Part shown: positions 13,915 through 26,129 of the stretch, one piece after another
Layout of the letters: each line of letters begins with the position of its first letter
Position numbering within the stretch: position 1 is the first letter of the stretch
Assembly: GCF_004010195.1 (NCBI RefSeq)
Contig: NC_057757.1
Coordinates: 1,359,524 to 1,423,523, forward strand
Length of the DNA: 64,000 nt
Direction: 5' to 3'
DNA from: Chiloscyllium plagiosum
Taxonomy: Eukaryota
Notes under the pieces: model-generated
Told to the model about the DNA's origin: nothing
Databases searched by the model: none
Seen by the model: the letters and a program-made list of their open reading frames with translations, nothing else
Program-made: the position numbers and the translations under genes

Positions 13915-14395
13915 GCAATATGATGCAGTATTATCCACTTAACTGAATGAGTGCAGCTTCAACAACATTCGAGAAGCTTGTCACCATCCAGGACAGTACA
14001 ATCCACTTGATTGACACCACATCCACAAGCATACATTCCCTCCACCGCACATGCTCATTAATGGCTGTGTGTACAAAATGTACTGTAGAAATTCACTAAG
14101 GCTGCTTAGACTGAATCTCCAAATCCATGACCACTGCCATCTAGGTGGGCAAGAGCAGCAGATACATAGGAACCACCACTTGCAAGTTCCCTCCAAGCCC
14201 CTCACCATCCTGATTTGGAAATACGTCGCCATTCCTGTGTCAACATCCTGGAGCTCCCTTCTTCACTGCTCTATGTGTGTACCTACACCAAGCTGATCAA
14301 GAAGGCAGTTCATTACCACCTTCACAGGGCAAGTAGGGATAGGCAATAAAGGCTGGCTCAGCCAGCGACACACAGATCTCATGAATGAATAAAAC
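13915..14395 (+). mobile_element. LINE 3' end (RT C-terminus + 3' UTR)
   Basis: KLVTIQDS..HLI..TSIHSLHR..VYKMYCRNSLRLLRLNL translation; tail GGCAATAAAGGCTGGCTCAGCCAGCGAC..ATGAATGAAT. Confidence 0.7.
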
Positions 14396-14822
14396 AAATC
14401 ACCAGCCAGGTACCCCGATAAAGAATGCCATGTTGGCGAAGATGATGGTGAGCTGTCAGGAGTTAGAATTGCGCTCTGAAGTGTTCCGTCCTTCAGGTCA
14501 ACAAATTCAATGTTAATTTGCTTGCTTCCATAGTTCATAGATTGTTCAGGTTTGAAATTTTAAAATATTTAATAATCATTAAAATCTCAGTTTAGAGACA
14601 TCTGGAGAGACCAGATATGCTGGAATTATGTAAAATGTAGAAGACTTTTTCAAAGTCACAAGACAGGTTTGATGCAATAAGGAAGGTGAAACTGTTTCAA
14701 CACACAGGACTCCAGCATCTGCATTTCCCACTTTCTCCAACACACAGGAGGGTAAGGACCAGTAGGATATCGAATTTAAGGTAATTAACAAAAAGAAGCA
14801 GAGGGAAAGTGAGAAAATTTTG

Positions 14823-15978
14823 TTATGCTGTGAGTTGTCAGGATTTGGATTTTACTGCCTGAAAATATTATGGAAAAAGATTTAATCATAACTTTCAAAG
14901 GGAATATGGGTGAATGTTGAAAAGAAAATGTGGAATTATGAAGAATAACTTCTTTCAAAGAACAGGCATAGCCATGATAGGCCAAATTGCCTCATGCTAT
15001 GCTGTTTTGTTCAAATCTTCTTTTTGGGCATGTGGAGGAAATTGATATGAATCCAGTGGTTAACTGTACAAGAATTGTTTATGGGTCAGTAAGGAACTAA
15101 AAGACTACATTGATTTCATCCATGCTTATCTCGCAGACAACAAGCTATTTTGTCAGGAACTAGTGCCCACAAATTATGAAACATTTTCCAATATGAATAT
15201 TGGCTTATCTAATTTGTATTGTGATAAACATGGAGCTTAAACATTAAATTTGCTTCACTCACGGGATTAGTTTAACACATACAGCACAGGTGTCCAAGGC
15301 AGTGCCTCAAACATTCAATTTATAAATGAATATTTTATGGGATAAATTTAAATGATGATGAACTGGCAGCTTCTTTTTTATGTCTGGAAGACAGTTATTT
15401 AATCCTGCATGATTCCTGTTGCTTACCAGAACATTTTTATCAACCTGCCTGGTTCATATTGCGAAGTCCATCTGAAGTTTTTTCAGAGTGCTTGGCAGGC
15501 CAGTTAACTTCGAAGAATGGTGAGAAAAAGCAAGCTCTTTCCACCTACGTTACTCGTAATATGTAATTGCTTTTTCTGTCATTGATTATACTTTCACCTT
15601 CATTAAAACTATTCATTTTTGAGAGTAAATGTTGTATGCAGCATTATTCTAGTGCCTTCAGAAGCTAAGGATATTTATTTAGTATGTGATAACAACCTTT
15701 AGAGAAGATTTTCCCATTTGGTCCCTGGGATAAACAATTCTTGTACAGCTAACTACTGGCATTCATATTAACTTCCTCCACATGCCCAAAAAGAGATTTG
15801 AACAATACAGCAAAGAATAAGGCCATTTGGCCTATCATGTTATGCCTGCTCTTTGAGTTATTTCTCATAATTCCACAGTTTTTTCTTTTCAACATTGTCC
15901 GTTTGAAAGTTATGATTAAATGTTTTTCCATAACACTTTCAGGTAGTAAAATCCAGATCCTGACAACTCACAGCATAA
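14823..15978. repeat. Inverted duplication, ~255-bp arms (14823-15082 and 15730-15978)
   Basis: Arms are diverged reverse complements and include both a CR1 3' tail and its adjacent flank. The ORF track shows the same peptide (SGSKIQILTTHSI) on opposite strands. Confidence 0.85.
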
Positions 15979-16668
15979 TTAAGTCAGGGAATGAGAGGTC
16001 AAATTTGAGGTGAAAATGCAATGAGTTGGCCTTCTGAAATAGCTCATTTACAAATGGCAATGACATCATCCCTGCAGAGCCTCAGTATAAAGATGTTTTC
16101 TAAGAACTAAAAAGCGCAAGTTATCAGCACTTCTAGGTTCTGTGGCTCAGCAGTGTGCTATGTTAAAAACTCATCCTTGATATCTTTCCATTTAATCTGT
16201 GAGGAATGTAAATCAATGTCATTGGATGCACTTGGCTGACTTTCCAAATATCCTTCCTAATTAACAAAATTGCTTTTCAATCTTGTTCAAAACCTACTGC
16301 TGAAAACAGGAAAATACTTGACAAATGATCTTGATTTTATTACAAGATTGCAGCTTGTTTAAAAAGAAACACTGGGCACTTCTCTCCACTTTCTATCAAA
16401 AAAGATTAAGCAGCTTATTTGAGCAGATCAACATTTTTCCATGACCAATTCTTGCGGCCATCTTTAAAATAGGAACCTTCCATGCAAATATGTTACACTT
16501 TAATTTCACCATCCTAATGGAGCCATTGCATTGCCATTGCAATTGGTGAGAGAATTTAATATCATCACAATTTTCACAAGGCATCACTTATACACCTCTT
16601 GAATTAGACTTTTGAATTTGAATGAGTGGCAGAAAGATTTTCTGCATATCTATGGTAATTTATTTTAG

Positions 16669-17381
16669 TGTGAGAGAAAGACCTGGAAAATAATTTATTT
16701 TTGTTTACATTGGGAAAATTTTATGAGTGAATAAGGAAACAGCTGTTCATTAAACTTTAGTTTAGAAGGTAAGAGATTGGTTATTTTACTTTTGATTACG
16801 GAAAACACACATAGCTTAGGAAGAAAAATACTTTTTTTTGTTTTTTTTCAGGATTTTTAAATGCATGTGAAATGCACTTGGTCCTGAAAAAGGAAGAACA
16901 TGGCCTATAATTGCTAAAAACAAAAGGTTACCTCAATTTAAGGAGTTTAGTAAAAAAAATTCAGACGAGATGTGTTTGATTAAAACCCTGAAGGGTTATT
17001 TGAATCTGAGAAAGTTTAAGCTCAGTTATATGAAATCTCCAGGAAGATGTGTTTAGATTCTCAGGCCTGAGAGTTGATGCTGCAGTTAAATTAAGCCCAA
17101 TAGAGGCAATAAAGAAGGGTGTGAGTACTGTAATGGGGTGCTTTTTAGGATTAACGGGATTATGATTTCATTGTGTGTTTTGGAAGATTTAAACATGTGT
17201 TATATGTAAATAATTTGGTTTATTCTATTTTACCATAATTTCCTCTGCACAATAAACCTTTGTTTTATTATTAAATCCTGAGTGTGTTTCAGTGAGAGAA
17301 CATCTCATTAGGTCATTTATCAAACCAGGTTTCAGTCTGGGATCTGAATGATCAGTAATAACATCAGTTGGGCTCATAATA
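16669..17381 (+). mobile_element. Possible solo LTR
   Basis: Starts with TG, has an internal AATAAA followed by CCAGGTTTCAGTCTGGGATCTG and a CATAA-type end; no coding sequence. Confidence 0.3.
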
Positions 17382-17604
17382 CCATTGTAAATGAAAACAA
17401 AGGGATGCATAATGGAAAGAAACATTAAAAAATACCAAATTTCTGAATGTCTGCCAATCTTGACTCTTAACTTCACCCACTTTACATATTCTACTTTAGA
17501 GTGTAAGACAAATTTCACAATCACTGCTTTTCAATTTTGCAATTTCTTCTTCCCTTTGAACAGGGGACATAGTATTATTCTTTAAGGGGATTGAAACATA
17601 TAAT

Positions 17605-18345
17605 CCTGCAGGAACTGCAAAACCTGCGCCCACACCTCCCCCCTCACCTCCATCCAAGGCCCCAAAGGAGCCTTCCACATCCATCATAGTTTCACCTGCA
17701 CATCCACCAATGTCTCCGTTGCTCCCGATGTGATCGTCTCTACATTGGAGAGACTGGACGCCTACTCGCAGAGCACTTTAGGGAACATCTTCGGGACACC
17801 CACACCAATCAACCCCACTGCCCCGTGGCCGAACATTTCAACTCCCCCTCCCATTCTGCTGAGGACATGCAGGTGCTGGGCCGCCTCCACCGCTGCTCCC
17901 TCACCACCCAATGCCTGGAGGAAGAATGCCTCATCTTCCGCCTCGGAACATTTCAACCCCAGGGCATCAATATGGAGTTCACCAGTTTCCTCATTTCCCT
18001 CCCCCCACCTTACCCCAGTTCCAACCTTCCAGCTCAGCACCATCCTCAGGTTCTGTCCTACTTGTCAATCTTCCTACCCACCTATCCGCTCCGCCCTCCC
18101 CTCCGACCTATCACCTTCATCCCCACTTCCATCCACCTATTGTACTCTTACCTACCTTTGCTCCAGCCCCACCTCTCCTCCCATTTATCTCTCCAACCCA
18201 GAGGCTCCCTGCCTCATTCCTGATGAAGGGCTTTTGATCGAAATGTCGATTTTCCTGCTCCTCGGATGCTGCCTGACCTGCTGTGCTTTTCCAGCATCAC
18301 TCTAATCTTGACTCAAATCTCCAGCATCTGCAGTCCTCAATTTCG
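17605..18345 (+). mobile_element. Penelope-like retroelement 3' part (GIY-YIG endonuclease + terminal repeat with degenerate hammerhead core)
   Basis: CKTCAHT..FTCTSTNV..CSRC..LYIGETGR..EHFREH..AEHFNSPSHS..IFRLGTFQPQGIN; CTGATGA..GAAA at ~18220-18243. Confidence 0.85.
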
Positions 18346-19458
18346 CCGATATGTTTTGAACGACAGCGTGATTCACAGGAAATTGATTAGCATTTTAAAA
18401 TAATTGCATTTGGATTCAGTGTAGTAGGATCATTTGAAACCTCAGTGGGTGGTCATTTCTGCACTTTTGAAAGTCATTTCATTCTTAGGGTCAATGGAAA
18501 AACCGGTGAATCTTTGCTGGTGGTGGTGGAACAGTGAGAGCCTTAAGGGATAATGGCTGCTTTCAGGTGCAGGAATCCTTTCAAAAGAAGGCATTTGTGT
18601 TTCCTTTACGCACATATGAGAAGTGCAGCATTCAGGAATCCACCTTATGTATTGTTTTATGTGGTATTGTTATTATTAACTTCTCAATGAGGTTGGAAAT
18701 GAAGAACTGAGCAGAAGACCTTCCCTGGGCAAATCATTGCCACTCGTTTAGATCCCCGGCCTTTTCTTTTGAAATACCATTAGTTGAGTCACAGTCAGTA
18801 GCAGACTTTAATGTCACAGTTATTGATTTACTGTCAAGTTTCAAATCCTGAGCCTAGAAGGAGAGAGCAAATGTAACATTGAAATTAATTTCCCTTAATA
18901 CAAGTGATTTATCAATTATTATGTGTAATCGTGCTTTGGAGCCAATTATTAACTGTCAAAAGAAGCTATTTGAGCACAAATTACAATGCAGTGTAAAGTG
19001 GTTTCCCACAACATATAGCTTGCAGAAAGAACGGGAGACACTTTGTCAGTTTAAATTTCCTGACAACCTCATTTTAAATGGTTACCAAACACTCGCCAGT
19101 GGAATCAATTTCCTGTTGTAATGATGTAACCTCAAGCCAGCTCTGCCAGTCAGTATGGTGATGATTGATCCATGTCAACTCCATTTTCCTGCATGAACCA
19201 TATTCCATTGATTCCCCCCTAGTGTCTAAAAATTCATTGCTCTCAGTCTTGAAAAATACACAACAGCTGGGGTATCCATAATTCTCAGGGCAGAAGGTCA
19301 CAAGTTTTACAAAATTCAAGTTAGAAATTGATCTTCAGCTCAGTATCAAATAGTTTGTCCTTTTTCCTGGACTTTGACCCTGAGTTCTTTCTGCAGCCAT
19401 GGGAAACAGATTCTTGTAATTTCAGTGAGATTACCTTTCATTCTTCTAAATTTCAGAG

Positions 19459-20265
19459 AATTTGATTTGATTTGATTTATTGTTGTCACATGTACCTGAG
19501 TACAGTGAAAAGCTTTGTTTTGCGAGCAGTACCAGCAGATCATAGTAAACAAAGATATCTGTGGCAATGAGCTGTGTAAATGGAGTCCATGGATGGGAGG
19601 TTGGCTTCCCTGATAGACTGGGCTGTGCACACAACCTTCTGTAGTTTCTTACAGTCCTGGGCAGAGCAGATGCCGTACCAGGCCGTGATGCACCCAGATA
19701 GAAGGCTTCCTATGGTGCATCTGTAAAAGTTGGTGAGGGTCCTTACGGACCTGCTGGATTTCCTAAGCCACTTGAGGAAGAAGAGGGAGGTGTTGTCCCT
19801 TTTTGACCATCATATCTATGTGGGAGGACCAGGACAGATTGTTGGTGATTGTCACTCCTAGGAACTTGATGTTATCACCCCTCTCCACCTCAGCTTCATT
19901 AATGTAGATAGGGGTATATCCTCCTTTCTTCCTGAAGTCAACAATCAGTTCTTTTGTTTTGCTGATATTGAGGGAGAGAATATTATCATTGCACCACGAC
20001 ATCAAGCACTCTATCTCCTTCCTCATCATTTGACTCATCATTATTGATATTTGGCCTTAGCAAATTTGTAGATGATGTTAGTGTGGAACTTGGCTACATA
20101 GTCATGGGAGTGCAGGGAGTACAGTAGGGGCTGAGAATGCATCCTTGGCTGGGGTGGTGGGGGGCTCCAGTGTTGAGGTTTAACATGGAGGAGATGCAGT
20201 TGTCTATCTTCACTGACTGATCTGCGGGTCAGGAAGCTGAGGATCCAATTGCAGAGGATAGAGAT
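19459..20265 (-). mobile_element. Rex1/Babar-like LINE (RT C-terminus), nested in an older CR1 fragment
   Basis: ORF 19763-20041 WCNDNILSLNISKTKELIVDFRKK..IKFLGVTITNNLSWSSH; (ATCAA)n tail. Confidence 0.75.
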
Positions 20266-20689
20266 GAGACCTAGAATTATAGACCCATTCTACTCCATCC
20301 CCCTTCATAGGATAACCTTGTCATCCCAGGAATCAATCTAGTGAGCTTTCGTTTCACCCCTGACAAAGCAAGTACATCCTTCGCCTCACGGAGCCAGACA
20401 AAGTGGGAAGGCTGTTCAGCCCATCCTTCCTGTACTGTGCCAGCTCTTTGGGGTTATGAAGATAAATTATTTAATTTAGGCCCATTTTCTGTTGGATTTA
20501 AAAAGTTAAAGATGATCTAATCAAAGTGTTTAAGATATTAACAGGAAAAGACAGGGTAGGTAAAGATAATCTATTTCCACTGGTTGGGAGTTCTAGAACT
20601 GGAGGCATCATCTGAGGATTAGTGCCGACAATTCAGGAGAAAAGTTAGGAAGCAATTCTACACAATAGTAATGTTTAAGAGGAGGCAAT

Positions 20690-21030
20690 AAGGGAGGCAG
20701 TGGCCTCCTGGGGTTTATCGCTGGATGATTCATCCAGAGACCCTGGTAATGTCCTAGGGATCCAGCTTAGAATCCCACAACGGCAGATGGTGGAATTTGA
20801 ATTAAATGAAAAAAAATCTGCAATTAGGAGGCTAATCATTGATTGCTGGAAAAAACATCTGGTTTCCTAATGTCCTTTAAGGAAGGAAGCTGCTATCCTT
20901 ACCTAATCCAGCCTACACGTGACTCCTGACCCACAGCAATGTGGTCGACTTTCAAACTGCCCTCTGAGCAGTTAAGGACGGGAAATAAATGCTGGACAAG
21001 CCAGTGATGCCCAAATCCCATGAATGATTT
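20690..21030 (+). mobile_element. tRNA-derived SINE with LINE-shared 3' tail, inserted in a CR1 3' fragment (~20495-21175); second copy at ~38745-39025 (-)
   Basis: tRNA-like head GGCAGTGGC..GAATCCCAC; tail AATAAATGCTGG..GCCAGTGATGCCC..CCCATGAATGA matches the LINE tails above. Confidence 0.7.
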
Positions 21031-22329
21031 TTAAAGAAGAGACATTTAGACAGACACATGAAAAGGCAGGGAATAGAAGGATGTGCGGGCAGATGGGATT
21101 AGTTTAGAATGGCATGCTGATTGGCACAGACATGATGGGCTGAATGGCCTGTTCATGTGGTCTACTAATCTATATTGTCTGAGTAGTATTCCAAAACTAC
21201 ATGCAGTAGTCCAGCTGTGGCCTCAGTAAAGACCTGGACAATTGCAGCAAGACTTCCTTACTCTCAGTCTCCCTCCAATTAGATTAAAGAATTGAGGTAG
21301 GATTAGATACAAAGTTTGAGTCTTTCTGAGTTCTTTGGAAGTCACATGGTGTCATTCGCTGGGATAACGTTTAAACTGAGTGCAATACAGACCCCAAACT
21401 ACTCTAGAGATCAAGTCCAATGAATTGGTCCTTCCCTCTGAGCAGAAATAATTGTCTCGTCTAGTTAACACTCTCATCAAAACTCTCTTGCTTGATATCA
21501 CTTGTTTCCCACATGCCGAGGCACTCAAACAATGAAGCTTAAAAATCTGCAGTGCCCTTTGTTGAGAGAAGCTACAATAGTTTATGATTGTCCTGTACCT
21601 TTGGAGATCAGGATGCAACATCCTCTCATGACAAGCAGGGCTAATTATTAAAAATATTTCCAGCTTAGTGTGGATCACAGGAAATTTGTAACATGCCACC
21701 CTTTGAACACCTCCCTCATATGTCTTCTTTTCCTCCCTTCTGGCATTGATGGTATCAACTTACAACTAGTGTCCTGCTACTTAAGAATTACTGATAGTGT
21801 TGGCTGATTCCTTGAAATCAATGTTATTGATGTTTTTAATTCCTTATCCTCTGCATTGCTGAGTTTAATCTTCATGGGAACTTTTGACTTAGTGATGGAG
21901 TGGTTCCAATCAGTGATTTTTTTGCCTATTCACTCTAGCCAATCAAAGCAACACTGTCCTGTTTCTCGGATAAGCCTGTTGACCCAGCCTCAGCTGTCCT
22001 TCAATTCAACTCCTTCCTGCATTATTTTTGACAGCTCCAATTCCCACTTCATACAGCAGCCAATACAGTGTTGTAAAAACAGAAATTGCTGGAGAAACTC
22101 AGCAGGTCTGGCAGCAGCAGAGGACAAGAGAAACAGAGTTAATGTTTTGATTAGACTGTGACTCTTTGGAACTTTGGAAACCCAAGAGAGAGTTTGCACT
22201 TTAAACCCGCATACTTCTTGTTTCTGAGGTTACGAAAAGTTTACTCTTTTGATTAAGTCAACTACACAAATATACTTATTAATTAATTGACAGCCTCTTA
22301 AAGTGGCATTGTAGTTAAAAACAACTCTT

Positions 22330-22513
22330 TGTATGTGATGGCGTTGACTGGTTTCTGTTTGATATGATAAGGTGGGATTCGAGGCTTGTCCTCATTTCCC
22401 TGCGAGCTGGTTGTAAGGTGGGATTTGCTACCCCTTTCCTCTGTAAATTGCTGTTTCTTGTATATGGCTGTTCATGTTAACTGTTTGTTTGTAATTTGTA
22501 CTGGTTAATAAAA
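22330..22513 (+). mobile_element. Short 5'-truncated retroposed insert with 14-bp TSD
   Basis: TAAAAACAACTCTT at 22316-22329 and 22514-22527; AATAAA at the 3' end; TT/AAAA target. Confidence 0.6.
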
Positions 22514-22694
22514 TAAAAACAACTCTTCTGCTGTGGTAGTAGTATCCCTATCTCTGAGTTAGAAGACCCAGGTTGAAGTCCCACCTGCTCCAAAATGTGT
22601 CATGACCTGCCTGAACAGATTGAATTGAAAATATCTAAACACCAGCTTTTGCAGGAAGCTTAATTGATTTAAAATACGTTTTTAAGGGACATTT

Positions 22695-23027
22695 CATTGA
22701 ATCTCTGCAGTGTGGAAGCAGGCCATGTAGCCCATCAAGTCCACACCAACTCTCCATAGAGCATCCCATCTAGATTCACCCCCTTACCCTATCACCCTAC
22801 ATTTCCCATGGCTAATCCACCTAACCTACACATCCCTGAACATTATGGGCAAATTAGCATGGTCAGTCTGCCTAAACTGCATATCTTTGGATTGTGAGAG
22901 GAAACCGGAGCACCTGGAGGGAACCAACAAAGATATGGGGAGAATGTGCAAATTCCACACAGACAGTCACTTGAAGCAGGTCCCTGGCTGTGTGAGGCAG
23001 CAATGCGAACCACTGAGTCACCGTACT
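22695..23027 (-). mobile_element. HE1-type V-SINE
   Basis: Reverse complement shows a tRNA head (GTGGTTCGCATTGCTGCCTCACA), V-domain (TGTGTGGAATTTGCACATTCTCCCC..GGTTTCCTC) and CR1-like tail. Confidence 0.85.
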
Positions 23028-23395
23028 GAGTTCAGACTTCTCCAGTTTCCTCATTTCCCCTCCCCCCACCTTGTCTCAGTCAAATCCCTCGAACTCAGCA
23101 CCACCTTCCTAACCTGCAATCACCTTCCTGACCTCTCTGCCCCCACCCCACTCCGGCCTATCACCCTCACCTTGACCTCTCTCCATCTATCGCATTTCCA
23201 AAGCCCCTCCCCCAAGTCCCTCCTCCCTACCTTTTATCTTAGCCTACTGGACACACTTTCCTCAATCATGAAGAAGGGCTTATGCCCGAAACGTCGATTC
23301 TCCTGTTCCTTGGATGCTGCCTGACCTGCTGCGCCTTTCCAGCAACACATTTTCAGCTCTGATCTCCAGCAGGAGATCTGCAGCCCTCACTTTCT
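23028..23395 (+). mobile_element. Penelope-like terminal region
   Basis: Similar to 17980-18345; GAAGAAGGGCTTATGCCCGAAACGTCG motif. Confidence 0.75.
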
Positions 23396-23477
23396 CTCAG
23401 ACACAGAGTTAGCCAAAGAGGAGGAGCAGGCAGGCAGGTGAAATGACCCCCTCAACTATCCACTACCTGGACCTCCT

Positions 23478-24840
23478 AGAATCATAGAGATGTACAGTAT
23501 GGAAACAGACTCTTCAGTCCACCTTTCCATGCCGACCAGACATCTTAAGTAAATCTAGTTCTGTTTGCCAGCATTTAGCTCATATCCCTCAGAACCCTTC
23601 CTATTCATATACCCGTCCTATCTGTCTTTTAAATGTTGTCATTGTATCAGCCTTCACCACTTCTTCTGGCCACTCATTCTATACATGCACCACCCTCTGT
23701 GTGAAAAAATTGCCCTTTAGATCCCTTTTAAATATTTCCCCTCTCACCTTAAGCTTATGCCCTCTAGTTCTGGACTCACCCATCCCAGGGCAAAGACTTC
23801 GTCTATTCACCTTATCCATGCCCCATGTGATTTTATAACCCACTACAAGATCACCCCTCAGCCTCCGGTGCTCCAGGGAAAATATCCCCAACCTATTCAG
23901 CCTCTCCCTATAGCTCAAACCCTCCAACCTCCATCCTTGTAAATCTTTTTTGAACCCTTTCAAGTTTCACAACATCCTGCCTATAGGAGGGAGACGAGAA
24001 CTGCATGCAGTATTCCAAAAGTGGCCGAACCAATGTCCTATACAGCCACAACAAGACCTCCCAACTCAATTGAACTATTGGGTGTGTCCCTGACCCTCCA
24101 AAGAGCATCTCACCGAAACCCATGCCCATGCTCCATCCTCCCACAACTTCCACCAGAAGTTCAGATCAAGCCCACAATCCTAGATGGTCTCAATTTAACA
24201 TATTCAGACACAAAGAACATGTCAATAATTGATGACACAGAGGCTATAGCAGATGAGGACCTATAAATGATCATTATTCTAAAGAGGTAGGGTTGGGCAA
24301 GCTAATGAGATTAAAGGTAGACAGGTCTCCTGTACTCAATGCTCTGCCCAATAAAGGAAAGCATACCAAAGACATTCTTCACTATCCTATCTACCTGGTA
24401 CTCCACTTTCAAGGAACTATGAACCTGCACTCCAAGATCTCTTTCTTTAGCAACACTCCATTTCCAAGGACCTTACCATTAAGTCTATAAGTCTTGCCCT
24501 GATTTGCCTTTCCAAAATGCAGCACCTCACATTTATCGAAGTTAAACTGTATCTGCCACTCCTCAGTCCATTGGCCCATTTGATTGAGATCCAGTTTAAA
24601 AAGTAACCTTCCATGACCATCCTCTGCCTCCAGCCTTCGAGTCAGTTCTGTATTCAAATGGCTAGTCCTTCCTGTATTCCATGTGATCTCACTTTGCTAA
24701 CCAGTATACATAAGGAACCTTATCAAACATCTTGCTGAAGCCCATATAGATCACATCCACCGCTTAGCCCTCATCAATCCTCTTTGTTACTTCTTCAAAA
24801 ATCTCAATCAGATTAATGAGACACAATTTCCCATACACCA
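23478..24840 (-). mobile_element. CR1 LINE 3' part (rearranged, internal + strand fragment ~24065-24330)
   Basis: LYRTLVRPLLEYC..LERVQKRFTRM, RTRGHKLKV, WQIQFNFDKCEVLHFG. Confidence 0.85.
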
Positions 24841-25486
24841 TGGGCACTTGAGGAAAAAAAAACCTGTTAGAAAACAATGATATTTGGAAATGAACCACAT
24901 TGGGCATACAGGTTCCCAACACTGAAGTATCTGAGATAATTCAGAACAGTCTCTCTCTCTCTTTCACTGGTTTGACTGATTTTTCTGTCTAGGTAGCTTG
25001 GCCACAGACAGGCTAACAAGAAGGTGTTCTACACACACACACACACACCTAGTCCTGATTCTGACTATGTATGTTCCCAAGACTCCGGGAAACAGACATA
25101 GCCTGAGAATTTGTGAACTGCTTTACCTTTGTTAAATGCAAGATTTTCTTTCTCTCTCTGGCATTGGTGATTATCTCATGATGAATCATGAGTGACATAT
25201 GATTCAGAAGTGAAACCCAACTTATCATTTTTATCAGTTAATTGTTTTGGGTGAGGACCCATCATACCACTGTCTGTTTAACCATGTATTTCAACATGTT
25301 GCTTCTTTCTATGACCAAACAGGAACATCCTTCTTCCCCTTAGTCTGCTTCTGAAAGCCAAAATCACCATAGTCCTAGCAGACCATATGGCTGGTCTCCC
25401 ATTAGAGGGAGATGACTGTTGGTGGTTTAACTTGAGCCTCAGGCAAGGTCAGTACTTCATGGTAACCCCAGCTGGTGCAGGAATTA

Positions 25487-26125
25487 TAGAGTCATAGAGA
25501 TGTACAGCATGGAAACAGACCCTTCGGTCGAACCCATCCATGCTGACCAGATATCCCAACCCAATCTAGTCCCACCTGCCAGCACCCAGCCCATATTCCT
25601 CTAAATCTTTCCTATTCATATACCCATCCAGATGCCTTTTAAATGCTGCAATTGTACCAGCTTCCACCACTTCATCTGGCAGTACATTCCACACACGCAC
25701 CACTCTCTGTGTGAACAAGATGACCCTTAGATCTCTTTTATATCTTTCCCCTCTCATCTTAAACATATGCCCTCTAATTCTGGACCCCCCCATCCTAGGG
25801 AAAAGAACTTGCTCATCCTATCCATTTATCCTATCTGTGCCTCTCATGATTTTAGAAACCACTGTAAGGTCACCCCTCATCCTCCGACACTCCAGGGAAA
25901 ACAGCCCCAGCTTATTCGGTCTATCCCTGTAGCTCAAATCCTCCAACCCTGATAACATCCTTGTAAATTGTTTCTGAACCTTTTCAAGTTTCACGACATC
26001 CCTCCGATAGGAAGGAGACCAGAACTACATGCACAATTCCAAAAGTGGCCGAACCAATGTCTTGTACAGCTGCGACATGACCTCCCAACTCCTATATTCA
26101 ATGCTCTGACCAATTACGGAAAGCA
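25487..26125 (-). mobile_element. CR1 LINE 3' end
   Basis: RIRGHMFKM..FTQRVVRVWN..AFKRHLDGYM; CTCTATGACTCTAT tail. Confidence 0.85.
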
Positions 26126-26129
26126 CACC

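Noticed and set aside
16020..16600. Possible conserved non-coding element (YY1-like GCGGCCATCTT)
   Set aside because: Only short motifs; cannot be supported without cross-species alignment.
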